Source: Balanoglossus misakiensis
Lineage: Eukaryota; Animalia; Hemichordata
Reading direction: 5' to 3'
DNA length: 64,000 bases
Assembly: GCA_040954595.2 (NCBI GenBank)
Contig: CM082577.2
Coordinates: 2,790,001-2,854,000, forward strand
In this document: one piece after another, positions 20,598 to 35,598 of the stretch
Position numbering within the stretch: position 1 is the stretch's first letter
Layout: every line of letters begins with the position of its first letter
Made by a program: the position numbers and the translations under genes
Notes under the pieces: model-generated
What the model was told of the DNA's origin: nothing
What the model saw: the letters and a program-made list of their open reading frames with translations, nothing else
Databases searched by the model: none

Positions 20598-23500
20598 TTT
20601 TGATGTAGAGAACGTTTTTTAAAATTTAACTTCCATTTGAAATATGTGACATCAACTGTACAAATTTATCAAAGAAAGTTATTTTTGTATAAACCGTGTT
20701 TTTTTTTCTAAGTTATGTGACCAGATTCCACTCAAGTGTCGGTTATTCTACACATTTTTCAGGACATCGCACATCTAATATGATTATTCTTGGCCTAAAC
20801 CAAACGCATTTCTCAGTAACCGAGAATCGCTCGTAGGAGGTAGTATGAACCGTAGTATTATTTCTGAAGAATAGAGTGACACTTGGCACGTTGCCGGCTC
20901 ACCGAGTGAGTACTTCATGACCAAATTCCAATCGCCAGCGGCAAACAACAACCTGACTCAATGCTTCCGAGACCTTATGTCAGATTCCCGGAAATCGGTT
21001 GGCATGACGACAATGGCAGCCATTGATAGTGCCACGTCGCTGACGGCTTTGTCTGGAGAAGTGAAGTGTTGTTCGTAATATAGGTGAGCCGTTATTATAA
21101 AAAATAACATCTTGGGTGACAAATTTGGCAGACACTCTCACTAAAACAGTAAATTGTCCAACGCGTATTCCGCTGTAGTGCCTAGTCGAGTCGTGTTCGT
21201 GAGAGAACGTGCAGCCGGCCGGCTAGGCACTACACTGGTCATAATGTTACGTAAGAGTCGGTGGGCGTGCCTTGTGAATCTTGTAAAGCTGTCAATCAAA
21301 CCAGGTATCAAACCCGTTCAGTGAAAATTTACATGTAAGGCCATGGTCAAAAGATATGGTGAGATTTCAGATTTATAAAGTGTTGCTGAGTTTTCCCAAA
21401 TTATCAGTAATGATATTTGGAAAGACCCACCTTTCGCTTTCCAACAGGAAATCGCCCTGTAAAAGAGAGAAGTGTATTCAGGTGTATTGAACCATAGATC
21501 CTTGGTCCACCGGGGGAAACCAAGGTCAGTGGCGTGTCACCCAAAATGCGTTGCTGCATAGACCACCACGGGGTTCCAAAGGTCTGTGATGTAACTCATG
21601 TTATCATTCCATTGATCTTGGTATATTGAACTGCCGTACCATTTCGGTTCACAAGCGCTTTGTACTGTTGTATTAGTAAGCATGGGTGCAGCCCTATAGC
21701 CATGGGCGGAGCCTAACCCCGCTATCTGTTACCCTGTCTGTTACTCTTCACATGAATGACAGGCATTTAGGAACAGTTATATTCAGAAACATCCCATTGG
21801 GTATCTGTCATGAAAAAAATAATCACACCCTTGTTTGAACTTGAAGCAATCTCACGCAGACTTATATTAAAGGCGCTTGTGAACTGAGTCATATGGTCAA
21901 AACTGTGCAATGGTACAAATGTGTACCTGCATGATGTCACCCCCATGTGTTCTATTCCTGATAAAGGCGGACATCGACACCTTTTTTTCCGCCCACGTTT
22001 TTAGATCTGCTAACCTTGAGTTGGTGACAGTCATTTCCTCTTTTCTAGAAACAGTCTTTATGGCTGTGGCCTTTACTTATTTTTGAACGCCCAACATGCT
22101 CCTGGCAGAAAATGTTGACAGCTTCATTGAGTTGATATAATTATTATACAGCGAATGTAAAAGTTAATATCCACGGCATGCAGAAACTTCTCATGCCTCT
22201 GCTAATGATGGGTTTACAAAGCAACCAAACATTGTATTGAAAAAAAATAATATATTTAAATTATTTGTTAAATTATTGTACAAACAACTGATGGCGTTTG
22301 TATCATTTAATACTTGTTGCTTTAAATCTGTACCATACTGCAATTTTCTTGCCTCTCGATTCAATTATCTCAACCTGTACAAAATTGTCGACACTTGCCA
22401 AGCTATGTGTGTATCAGTAAAAACTGACATTTAGCTTTGGTGACTGTTGAAACGTTTTGTGAGATTGTGAAGCTTAGAAATGCTTTGATTTACTAGGCTA
22501 ATACTGTTTTTTAACACTTACCATGCAGGTGAAAAAAATGAGCTTTTTTAATTAATTAAGCATGATGGATTCAATATGCAAGTAACAGAAATGAACTGAA
22601 ATTTCCATGCGAAAATGACTTGAGACCACTGTCAGGTTTTTTTTTTTGTGTGTGTCTGACTGTTTTTTCCAAACTTTACTGCAAATTCAAAATTGGAGAA
22701 TTTGTAGTTTCATGATACCCCAGTAAATTACCTTTTCTAATCTTAACAACCAAGCTCTTTAATTTTAAATTCCTATTCTTGGACAACTCTCAGCATTTTC
22801 CATGGTAATTGTAAAACAGATTGGCACGCACACGATCACTCTTGTGATAAATACCTTTATTTCATTGCAAAGCATAATTGATGTAATAAACGCTCAGGGC
22901 CATATTTTCCGATATGTGCGATTAAAATATTCCATGTATGACACTGTATGCTCTGTCTGTTGTCTGTTTAATTGTAGAGGCATTGAACCTACCCTTCGTA
23001 GCTGTCCACAATCTGTCTCTATATGTACAGGTACCCCCTTTTATACATTGCCTTTGATTGCATGTTCTATTTGTGTATAGTGTCAGAAGTTATTTATATC
23101 TGCCTGTCACATGCATGCAGGTGATGTTGCCCTTCATTTTAGGTTAAGTTGCCCCAGATCTTGTTAGAAATTAATATTGTACCCCAAGTCAGCCTTTATG
23201 CCAAGGATGTTGGAAGCTTCTGAACGTTGACCGCTCACAATGTTTTCACACACAATACCTTCTCACAAGAAACAAAAATATCAAATGATTGCCCGTCTTC
23301 GATGTAATTGTCCCTTTAATGAAAGTGGGCTGTGATAAGATGGAAATGCTTTATAATCACAAGCAGTATCACCGATAATTAAAATAATCCCTGATGGTTG
23401 GCCAAATCAGATTTGAGAAAGCAAAATGTATGTGTCTGTTTTATTAAGCCAGTTTGATATACAAACTCGATGTGCAACACCCATGCAATGTCATATACTT

Positions 23501-26500
23501 TCCGGAAGAACTTTAGCCAGAATTTTTCTCAGTACACGTCATTCATTGGAAAGCAAATATAGGTCATTTGCTGATAACTCAATACGTGCCATTGTTCAAG
23601 TTTTCCCACTATGCCAACAGCTTCTAGTATTCAGATGTAGTTCTTGGTAATTTGCCAGGCTTAAGTGTCGGGCTGAAGTACATGTACCCGGTATTCCGTG
23701 TCCGCAAGCTAAATCAGACAAGCGGCCACATGTATATAATACAACACGTACGCCTAAGTGAAAGCCAAACCCCATTGTCACTGCATGTACCTGCATGCAT
23801 GCATGCATGTGACGTGACATATATTATTATTAGTCTGGTACATAGTGTCAATCAACCCACATGCCTGTTGCAGATGTTGATTTCATGTGTGCATATAACT
23901 GCATGGTTGGGTATGCGATGAGTGTTATACATGCACACGTGCACGGCACACCTTGGGTGTTAGCGCTACTGTTGTGTTTTTTTTCTCGCAGGAAGATCAT
24001 TATGTCAGTAGCGCATGAAAGCAATTGTCAGGTCAGTTCGCCTATCATATAACAGAGGGTGTGGGGAGCTCTTAAAAACAGTTCAGAATGTCATGTTGAT
24101 CAACAAAACGCCGTTGCCTTTGTTTTCTTTGTGTTTAAGTGGCATGCTTTTTATGCATCAACTCTTGTCTATGCAGTTCTTAGTAATTCAAGAAGGGTGC
24201 TTGTGGAAGATGAAAACACACTTGTTGACGTTGGCGCGTACGTGCAATTATGTGCAGGCAAAAAGTGACAGAAGGTTGTAAAAGGCATGTTGAAATCATA
24301 CAGTTTGTACGTCACAAGTATTTCCCTATTTCAGAACTTATTATATATTGATGTGAAAGAAACGCATGTTTTTTATCATGTGGCCAGAAAGCGAAAGTGC
24401 AATGAAGTTGAACATAAAAAATGAATGAGGCAAGCCCATATGCAAATGCCTGGTGATTGGGAGGGATTCTCAACTGGGGCTTTTCTGGAAATTGCCACAC
24501 CACGAATGATCTTTTACATACTTCATAGCCTTGGTACGACTTTCTGCATTTAAATTTATTCAAAATAAGTGTTACCAACATAGGAATTATACAACACACA
24601 TTTGCGGCCTAGCCCATATTTTGCACTTTTTAATTTTGATTTGGGAATCACAAAATCTACAATCTACATCTACGATCTTTGCCACCAGCTCAGATAGTGT
24701 GACCTTGAGAGAATTATCCATAGTGTGGCTGTATTTCATCACGTATACAAACAAGACTTTAATACGAAACTATATGGTTATCTGTCCATGTTAGGTCACC
24801 GGCCATGACAAAATTTGGTAATAAGGCTTAAATTATTCAGGGTGGGGTCTTAATTGGCAGACTTTACCCTTTCCTGTCAATATATAGTGCGTGTACTGTG
24901 CGCAGTTGAGTCACACACAATCCTCAACACGTGTCAATTAATTAATCTACAGCCAATTCTTGTAACTCTCAACCGAAGCATATCCTCTTTTCTGCCTAAA
25001 TCATTGTCGACACTCGAGAGAATTAAGTTCATGTACCGGCTGAGAACGGCAATACGTGCGTCACATTGTGAGGAAATGATATTTGTCACGTGTGTAGTGT
25101 GTACAGGTCATTGACCTCTTTGAATGCCTGGTTCTATAGCTATATGTTTCCATGACCTTGGTATTATGTGCTGGTATACTGATTACAGACCCCCTCAGCT
25201 GAGTATAAACACATTTTAATTGTGGCAATTATTTCTTCATTATGGTTCAATCCTCAATGGTCATAAATTCGGCCTAGTCATGCAGTCACCTTGAACTGTG
25301 TGATGTGAATACACTTCTATAAATAAAGGAAATATATATCTCATTCTGATCGATGCATGTACAGTACATCCATGGTTGAGATGTTAAGTTTTAAGTCAAC
25401 GATGGCAAGATGGTCTTTTTATGGAAATTACCCTGTTTCAGCCCTTATACTTTATCAATTAATATCGACAGGGTAAACAATATTTGTGAATAAAAAATTA
25501 AGATGTATAAAATGTTAATTAGGATTCCTAATCCCTCGTTACCAAACCCAGTATTTTTGCAGTTACACCCTACACATGTAGGTGGTCACTATATTACAAA
25601 TGTTCCACACCGGAATTATGCCGGACATGAAAAAAAGCAAACACTTAACGCTTTGACAGTGCAAATCTGAGTCTGAGTATTGACGTGATCTTGGTCATAA
25701 AAAAGCTCAGGCCAGACATTACAATATATCAAAAAATTTATTGATGAAAGTTCACTTTTACAGACTTTTGAAGGCACACAAAAAAGTGCTCATGCATGCA
25801 CACCGTACAGTGGTGTCCTAAATGACCTTGCAAAACAGATCAACATTCTGTTGGAATTCAAAAGAACAACGACCTGTGTTGGAATGTTGTGTCAACATGA
25901 AAATATGTAAATGGATATGACCTTCAACTTCAGAAGTACATTGAACTTCTCCAGTTACAGAGGAAGATCAGTAACAGTTCTCTTTTTTTGGGCAAACATA
26001 AAATGTTCTTGTGCAAACAGGATGGGGGAATTTAATCTGAAGATAATAGCGTGAAAAATCTAAAACCCTTTAAGAAGTTTTACATTTCAAGATCAGTTTG
26101 TGTATTTTATTTACGCTCATGTCATACTGACCAGACACTTTGACCTTGTTGCTTCAAACATATGTCATTTTAGAAAAAAATGCATTTTATTATTCTCGCA
26201 CAAAACTGTCAGAAAACCAAAGTGCTCTTTGGTTTACATCAGGGAGCTTTCAGTTGAAAGTGGTGAGGGGGTAATCTGTCAGTTAAATTTAAAAACAACT
26301 TCTAATAAAACAAAAAAAAACATATTTTGCAATGATCAATAAAGTAGATTGACAAAGAACCCATAATGTGTGATTGCAGTCTTCAACCTTGCATCAACCA
26401 AGCATTGTTTGTGAAAATTTCCAGTTTTACAGTAACTACGCGTGTACTATTTGGAGGAAGTAAAACGCTAAAATTACCCCGAAAATCTTATCTGCTTATA

Positions 26501-29500
26501 GAAGTTTATAGAGCTTCACAGCCACTATATCATTGTTCTTTATCTCAATTCTCAGGCAACTTGACCCTCCCCAGAGAGTGACATCTGGCTTCTTTCTTAG
26601 AAATGCATGTTTATAGAGAGAATTCAGGTAATCAGTTCTTGGAAATCATGAAAGCCCGATCGTTGAACAATGTAATAATTAATGCAATGACTTTTGGACT
26701 TATTATCCGAAGGTCTGGAAGACTCGATCAGCTCAGCAGTAAATTTATACTGTTTGTATTTGTGAACACGAAAAGAACATTGAAATACAACTTTATCAAA
26801 TTGGCACTGCAGTGTGTACATGCTGCAAAGTAATAATTAGAACAGAAATCTGAGAAATTGCAATTGATGATCGAAATAAAAAATCGGCATAGCTTATAAT
26901 TTGGTACACAGAATGTAAAATACTGAAAATAAAGCCAAAAGTTACAGCTACTAGTTGTCCCTTTAATATGGCAAATTGAAATATCAAATACATGCAAGTA
27001 CAGTACTCAGCCAAAAATATTTATGTTGCTACATTTGGACTAATATCAATAAGAACTTGGCCAACTTCAATACAGATTTCAACATTAGGTTTGTATTTGT
27101 TGGGCATATGAAATTGTCAGCCTGGAACGATGACGATAGCAGAATAAACATTTTCATATTTTAGCTCAAGTTCCTGGTTCGAAAGTGCAACCGACTGTTT
27201 GAGTGTGCATGTGCTATATACATGATTCTCAAAGCGGAAGAAAATCGGCAAAATAAGAATGCTCAAGGTAACAGTAATACTTTCTGAGGCTCGGCCTACA
27301 CCAAGTACCGGGGTATACATGACAGGTATATATACGCCTCATTCGGTTACCGGTACTCTGACGGGACTTCCCCCTGCTCCCGTGGTTACTGAGGTCATGC
27401 TGCGTATATACATGTACCCGCGTCTTGTCACCTGTATCTCTACCTTAGCTGTTCCATGAAGTCGGCATACACCCCAACAGTACCTGGAAAGGAAGAAAAA
27501 TGGTAACAGAGAAGTCACGATTTTTGTCGTAATATGGTGATCATGCAGTTTCCCAAGTTTGGCCTTAAGAATTCAGTTAATATTACAGTATGTTGGTCAC
27601 GAAACATTCTTTACGAAGTCAATGTTTTTGCCCAGAATGTTCGTTGTTCTTGAAGTTTGTTGAGAAAAAAATTCTCAGTAAAAATTGAAGGCACAGAAAA
27701 AAGTTGTCTGTTGTTGACAAAACAGACATCATTAGTCTTGATACACATGTTTTTTTTTTACTTTAGTCCAACACAATAAAAAATACTCAGTAAATTGTTA
27801 AATTGTATCTTCATTATCAAAACTTGGAATGCAGGCTCCTTAGTTAGGCTCGAAGCCAGAAGATTATTGATTGGTGGTTGGTCGTGAGGGAGACTACAAT
27901 TGATTGATTATAAATTATCTGTGAATTTAAACAATTGCTTACTTTTATTGATTGGCAACTATTGTACTGCTTCAATGGATTATCAATCAAGGCAACCTTG
28001 AGTCTTGATGAGGTCAGAAACCAGGTATTAAAGAAACCACAAAATTGCTTTTAAAGTCATAAAAGAGTTACCCTTGCAGGTTTTGAACAGTTGCCTGTTG
28101 GACCATTCCTGAGAATTCTAGTGAAATTGTGAGTTAAGAGGAGTTTGATTTCCCTTATTTCACAGCCATGGAAAAAATGTGAGAATTCCCTGAACTGGAT
28201 TTTATTTTGACTTTAATTCACAAATATAAACTGTAGAACAAATGTTGTCATCTAGAATCCAGCCCCATGATTTAATTGCTCAACAATACTTAATTCAGAT
28301 AAAATTTCCATTATAAACAATTTTCATTTCCGCCAGTGTGTTCAGTGGTACAACAGGTCTACTTCAGGGATTCTGTCCGTCTGAACCGTTGGTCTGAAAT
28401 TTTAATTCCAAAGAAAATGCAAGGCAGAAAATGAAGATTATCAGTTTTGTAGAGTTTGGGATCATTACTAAAATAATGTTCCTGTCCCTAATTTTCAGCT
28501 GAATAAATGAAAAACTATTAAATGTAGGCAAATCAAATCTATGACTTTTGCATGTCGGTTAAAAATAAAGTCGAGGAAGGACCTTTAACTTTCCCAAAGT
28601 TAGAGCGCTGGAAGTATTAATCCATTGTTCAAAGAAAAATAAAAAACAAACTCTGCTATGCCTTTAAATGGACAAAAAAATAAAAACTCAACCCAGTACA
28701 TGACATCATACTTTTGTTTTAAGACACCGGGCAAAAACATGACATGGCCAACAAACCGGAACTTGAAGTGCGTACGCTACACACATGTGACGCGTGTGCT
28801 CACATAGATATTTAAATATAACATGTCAGTAGAGACGTCAGTGACTTGAAACTCTATAGTCTCTGAGTAGGGCAAGTCATATGACGTACGTACGTCCCTC
28901 TCTGGCCGCGATGTTCTCAGAAATTTGCAACTCAATGGCCTCTATTGCAGTGGGCGTTGACGTCAGATGAATTAAAGAGCGGGGCTGTTCTATATTGGGT
29001 TGATTTGTTGACATGACCTTGCCTAAGACAACCTCTAAAAACTTTAGGGTTAATTGTCAGCCTCATAAACAGTCACCTGGGTTTCAGTAAACAAACAGTA
29101 CAGTGTACTAACTGTTCACAATGTCCAGTTAGACCTATAGCTGAATATCATGTACATTTAGTTTCCCTGACGAAGGAAATGAAAATATAACACACTTAAT
29201 TGTACTTATGCCCATGCGCCTTCGTATTCAATATTGGGAAAATATATTCTTTGTTGTGTTCTGTTGTGTTGTCAATGTTTCTTGTTTATGGCAAAAAGAA
29301 AGAAAACAATTCAATTCATGATACTGTGATTTATAGTTTAATCAATTTACATATGACATATGATTATTGGCCAACAGATGACTCAGCAAGGTTCTCTGTA
29401 CTAGAAAATTGGAGATTTTGGAATTTAAACCACTCCCAAGAAATTGACCAGCAAATTGCGTGGGAGGTTCCGTTTATGTTAAAGTGAAGGGGTCGTTGCG

Positions 29501-32500
29501 CTGCGTTTGTTTGTTTGTTTGGTTATAAACATTAGAATTCATCCACAAATCCCTGAAATTAGATAATTTTTAGAACGAAAGAAGCAGCCAACCATAGTGT
29601 AGACATGACAGCAACTAAAGATCCTAGTAGGTCGTGGCGACTGCAATGAGGTTTGTGCTGGTATAGGAGGACGTATTCTCATCAAGGGGGACACCCACGC
29701 TGCGCGACGACCCCTTCCCTTTAACACCACTATAAATCTACTGTTCTACTTGCTGTTTAATGCCTGACCCTCCCAAACACCAGGAATGCCAAAACCATAC
29801 TCAAACAGATAAATCTCAGAGTTATATACGTACGTCTCAGATTTTGATTAGACTAATCTGACTTGGTTCTTGTAATGCAGTCTCACGCAATTTTCTCTGT
29901 GACATGTTCATGTGATATTATCATTTTCATGTGTAAAGTATCACAACATTTAGTGAACAGAGCATTCCATAATGCTAAAACTCACATTTTCCGGGAACCT
30001 TGGATTTTAAAGGAAGTGGAAACATGAGTCTATATTTTTACGAACTGAACCTGTAGATTGTGAGACAGCCAATAGCCATAAGATATTGCAATATAAAACA
30101 AATCTTGACTTTCTAGTTTTGCATTATTTCTTCAAATATAAAGAATGAATTCAAATAGTTTTATTTTTGTGAATCTCATTACAGAGACACTCTAATCAAC
30201 TAATATGTGAAAGTGATAATTTTCATGACTTTATTTGATATTTATAATAACTGAGGCTATAATTATTCTGGGGTCTAACAGCCTGCTATTTAATTTATGG
30301 AGCTTTGGTTGATTTTTGTTACTGGCAGCTATTTTTAAAAATTGAAATATGGGAACAGGCGCGGGGAAATCAATCAAATGCCAAGCCTGTCTAACTACTC
30401 GGTAATTGCTCATGCAACAGAGATACCAAACTATAAAATGGTTGTGACCTTTGACATCAGCAATGGGTATCAGCTCATTACACACATGTACATGCCCAAA
30501 GTCTGCCACATGTATATATAATAACAGGACATGAAGTTACATTTCACTATCAACTTTTGATAAATGCACAACTCCAAAAGAAAATGAAAAAGAACTGTGA
30601 CTGGATTGAAAAGGAAGAAATGAAATATGCTTTTTTATGAAATTTTGCTGAAATTTCAGTGAAAGGGGGTTGCATGTTGGGGATGTGCATGCATGTTAAA
30701 GGAAACAGTCAGAGTTCAGAAATGGTAGTTTTTATCTTTTCCTGAAATAGATTGTCCCAGTATTTATCTTTTTTTCAGAAACTGTGAGATAAGAATGTAT
30801 GTCAGAAAAGTTAAAGTTTACCAGACCCTGTGTTAAATTACCACCATTTTTCCCTGGAAGAAATCGCAGTTGAGTTTCCATCTCAAGTTGTCAGTACGCA
30901 GGTCACACAATTCCCTTGTGTCCAAATAATGAGAGCCATAATTGCAACTTAATTACTAAATAATTAGCTTGAACAGATAAAATAGGGACTACCATTTGTC
31001 AGGATGTTATGCGACTCCATGCAATGTGTATCTATTACCCAATTCATTGCAAATAAAAAAGTACAGCAGTGCAGTTATCTGCATTGGGTTGACCTCTTTT
31101 ATTGCCTCGTATCAAATTCTGTCTTTTCTTAAAAGGTCTGCCAAACAGACTGGCCCAGCATGATCCCCTGAACTTGCAAACTGATAGCAATAAGGGAAGA
31201 ACCATTTGATTAAGAGGGGGGTGGATGGAGGATTTAAATCCTCCCTAGAAACTAAATGGTTCTTCCCTAATACCCCTGCTGTCATAAAGATGATGCGCCT
31301 CTATGTGGTCTTCCCTCCAAGTCAATCACCAATTATCCTCGCTCCTTTGGATGTATGCAGTTAATTAAGGCATCCTGCTACTCTTAAACCTTGACCTTAT
31401 ATAACCTTATACTGGTGCCCCTTGGCTCTGTGATAAACTTCAATTTAAGTCACCAGTAATCTCAACAGGGTGTCTGAGCCCAGCAGTAATTTGCAAGTTC
31501 AAAAAATATTGTCAACGAATATCCATCATCATCAAACTTAATGCCTTTCGAATTAAGCACTCGTGATCAAAATTATTCCCTGGCTTTTTAAAAACAATTT
31601 TGAAAACATCAATCAGAGGATCAAACAAATGAGAATTTTCTTGTTTGGATGACAAAAAACAAAATCATGTCTCAAATGTGTTATGGGAAACTTTTTAATG
31701 CAATGTACTCATGCGAATTGTCTTGACTGTTTTGGCAACAATTAAGTTTGACATTCCAACTATTTCGCACACAATCCATCAGCCAAGCTAATCAATGTGT
31801 TAACTTTTGTGGCAGAATTTTAGGGTCAGAGGTCATGGGACCACCAGCATTGTTCAATCATGAGTGGCATTTTATGTGATAAGTCAAATAATGAAACAGA
31901 AAGAACAACAAAAGCGGTCCAGTGGTATTTGCAGCGATCAATCTACAGAGTTTAAAAAAAAAACAGTTCAGGTCAGGGTACACAGGTCTAGGTTGTATAA
32001 ATTCAGTGAAATGATTAATCTAACTGCTTTTCTGAAGTCCGATTGCGACTGAGGATAGTGGACTTGTTATTAAGAAAATAGAAAGGGAAAGTTACAATTT
32101 TTACGCTTGTTAAAGTTGCATTGTCTACATGGTCCTACACGGACATCTCTTCTTTTCTCTCTCTAAGTCAGTGCACTAGTATAATAGTATGCAGTCCGTG
32201 AATGGAAATCCGCCTTTTCATGTTTGACCTTTCGTTTTTACAATGAAAGAGCCAACTGCTCTGAGTGACTGCGTGTGGTCATGTTACACTTTTACAGAAA
32301 TTGAGGAAATAAAAACATGATGTGCTTCACAGAGAATCCCAACCTGGACAACTTGGCGGTGTACTGGCAGTTTGCTGTCTGGATCATAACGATCGAGCTG
32401 TCAAAATGTAACAAGCACTATTCAATTTGTTCTCTCCTTAAACAACCTGTTGATCATAAAAATTGCAGACAGAAATTTGTGCAAAATGGCAAGGGATGTA

Positions 32501-35404
32501 GTTTTGTTGAATATTTTTTTAAGCAAAAGTTGTGTGACCCACATATAATTGTACTGGATGTTACTCTACAGATACAGATAAATAAAAAAATTGTGATTGT
32601 TTTTTTGCATTATTAAAAATCTCTTATGATTGTTTCATATAATAAGTTAATGAGGCAGCAACTTTATTTTGTTCTATGTACATCAACTCAGCTCAGTGCC
32701 AAAAACTCCCTAAAAGCAAGCAAACACACAAAAAGTATTGAGAATCTTTATAAGGAAAGACAAAAACAAACAAACCACCAAGCGGCTTAGAGGAGACTAC
32801 AGGTCTACTCCTGGGGTAAAATCATATAACTTTATAGTTTTTCTGATTGTGCCAACCTTTTGTAAGAAAATGCAATTCTCGAGACGTGACACACCCTTCG
32901 TTCAGGGTCCACTATTCTCAGTTACAGGTCAGTGCGACCTTTGCAAGGTCAAAACAACACATACCTATTCCCTACCAGAGAATTCACCGTCATTCTTTGC
33001 CTGTAAAGGGCTTAACATTTTTGGTTTTGATGTGAAAGTCAACCATGTTTAGGCACATGTCTATGTATATGCGCACAAAATAGGTGGTTGAAAATAATGA
33101 GAAGAATTTAAGTACAACTTTTGTCGCAGGGATGTACCTGATGCACTGCATAATTATAGCTATGGTAACACTAGACAATCCAGCTCTATGAAGCTCATAG
33201 GACAAACAAATAAACAAACAAACAAAAGAAAGAAAGAAAGTATAACAAATGAAAGTACAATGTACCAAAGTTTTGAAAAAAGAGAAGAAAAAAATTTCAA
33301 CAAGAGATTTATGAGCCATGTGTTAAACAACCTGTATCAAGATTTTTTGGGGTGGTGGGGGAGGGGGGGGGGGGCTATTTAAAGGCACCGATTTATTTTT
33401 TGAGGGCTATTGGAAGAAGGAGGAAGTACTCAATCAAGAAATGGAACCCTAAGAATCAATAATGTGTCCAAAGCAGGTGGTGTGACTATACTGAGACTGC
33501 ATAATGTCAATGCCAATTGACCTCCAGTCTATGACCCTGTCGGTTGCAGCTCTTAGCTTTCTTGCAGCATGCAGCTGCTGTTCTCAGATATCAAAATTCA
33601 AAATAACACTTTCTGAATAAATTTAAATACCTCTCATTTTTTCATCTGGCATTATGTCAGAATAAATGAAAATTAATTGACGACAATTAAGATGTCTTTT
33701 TTAATAGGAGTTGCCGACAGAAACCTGTCAAATTAACCTTTCTGATGTATCACCTTCTTTTTGCGATTGTGGGCAGTACAATTAGCATAATTCACCGAGA
33801 TAGCCTGCTCAGTTAGAGCACAGAGTGTTCACGACAAAATACTTATGACTGACGGGGCATGTGGATGCAATTAAGTCAGCATTTGGCTTCATGGCTCAGA
33901 GTTCCAGCAACTGATTTGCTCTATTGAGAGTCTATAGTCTAGAATCCATAATCCTGTGGGTTTTTTTTTCGCATAGCAAATAACACAGGAGTCTGAATTC
34001 TAGACTTCTGAGAGTCTTGTGCTGCATGTAATTGCATGTTTGCTGACATAGACACTGTTGCATACAGTCCAGCTAATTTGGTACCCATGGGGGGCACTCA
34101 CAGAGGACAGAATGACATATCCAGGGTCTTCAAAAAGTTAGCAGAGTAATCCATATTGTTCACTGTCAGGGTGAAAGAACAGGTCCTCAAAAATATTTAT
34201 CCATAATTCACTGCCACAATATTTTTACGCAAAAATAGGGAAAGACATCCTTTATATCATCCTTTATACTCAATGACTTATTCATGTACCCACATGTATA
34301 TATATAAGAAATGGTCTAGTACTGTTATTTTCAATTTGTCACATTGTCTCTAGGTAATGCTCTCATAATTTATGCCTCAATACTGATGTCATGCATTCAA
34401 AATTAACTTATGTGTGCATGAGGGTTTTCTTCTGACCAATGGCAGAGTTTCGTCCTTAATCAAGCCTATACATATGCAAATGAGTTCCATGAAAACTTCA
34501 GGTTTTTCAGAGTACAGATATGACGACACTGAACGACATTTCAACAACAAAGGTTGACTGAATCCTGTTGCTAGCAGCTGTATCTGGATAATTTAATGCC
34601 AGTTGCTCTGACCCAGAGATGTTATACAGTGGCATAAATCAATATATGGATAAACTTGCTCAGGGGGGAAGGACGTTACTGTTCTTCCATTGGACAGATG
34701 ACAGATTACAGTTTTTAATTTATGTATGTTCATGTTTGCAGTGTTTTTATGACTAAATTTGTGACCATTTTTGATTATGTTTCTTACTAAAATCACCTAC
34801 TAAAGTATAGTCTCTTATCGTCTTCCATTTTTATGATATTTATTAAAGAGAAACCTAAATAAAAGCGTAGGTTTAAAGCAATTAAGTGTTTGATTTTGTC
34901 TATCAGTTCAGCTTCTTTGGGGAAAAGATATGAGAAAAAATAATATAATTTCTGTTCTTAATATATGTCTCTAAAATAAAGACATTTTTGTTGATCCATC
35001 CCTGCATGTCATGTGATACCCAGGTCACATACTTGGATTCACTGCTTGAATTTTTAAATCAAGACCAATTTCATGGTAAATGAACTTGAAGGATCTGAGA
35101 ATAAGTATTAGAATTCTAAAGCGCTTCATTTCCTGTTTAAGGAGGTTATGACTTGCAGCAATTTAATGTATCATTTTAGATTTGTACCAAATTTTGAGAG
35201 AATCATAACATGCGAATTTATGTTTTTGTTTTAGTCCATTAATAAGTGTTTGACATCTGAATTTGTAACCCTAACCCTAACCTTGGAAACTAGAGGAATC
35301 TTTTGCGAAGAGATAAACAAAATCGCATCTCAACAAAACCTTAAGTCTGAAATAAATATCTACACTTCTGGGTTGAGTGGCATATTGTATTTTCATTGTG
35401 CTTT

Positions 35405-35598
35405 TTCTGAGAATCTGGCTGACATTTTGCAAATACTTACGCAGCAATTTTTTCTGGGAAATATTTTATTGATTATAAAAGTGAAACATGATATTCTTGA
35501 AGACTTCAATATCGCACATCTTCTTGGAATATGATTCTCTCCTTGTTTGAATAAGGAGGATTAAGCTTGTCTGAGGGCAGTGCAGAATTTTCCAGGAA
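35405..35598. promoter_or_regulatory. Cluster of four STAT5-type GAS sites (candidate enhancer)
   Basis: TTCTGAGAA 35405, TTCTGGGAA 35452, TTCTTGGAA 35521, TTCCAGGAA 35590. Confidence 0.55.

Noticed and set aside
31823-31835. GGGTCA-G-AGGTCA DR1 nuclear receptor element
   Set aside because: Single motif; AGGTCA/TGACCT half-sites are common throughout the window, so it cannot be supported from sequence alone.
33349-33374. G-rich runs (also ~14216, ~17132, ~52486) as G-quadruplex elements
   Set aside because: Simple homopolymer tracts, with no supporting context.
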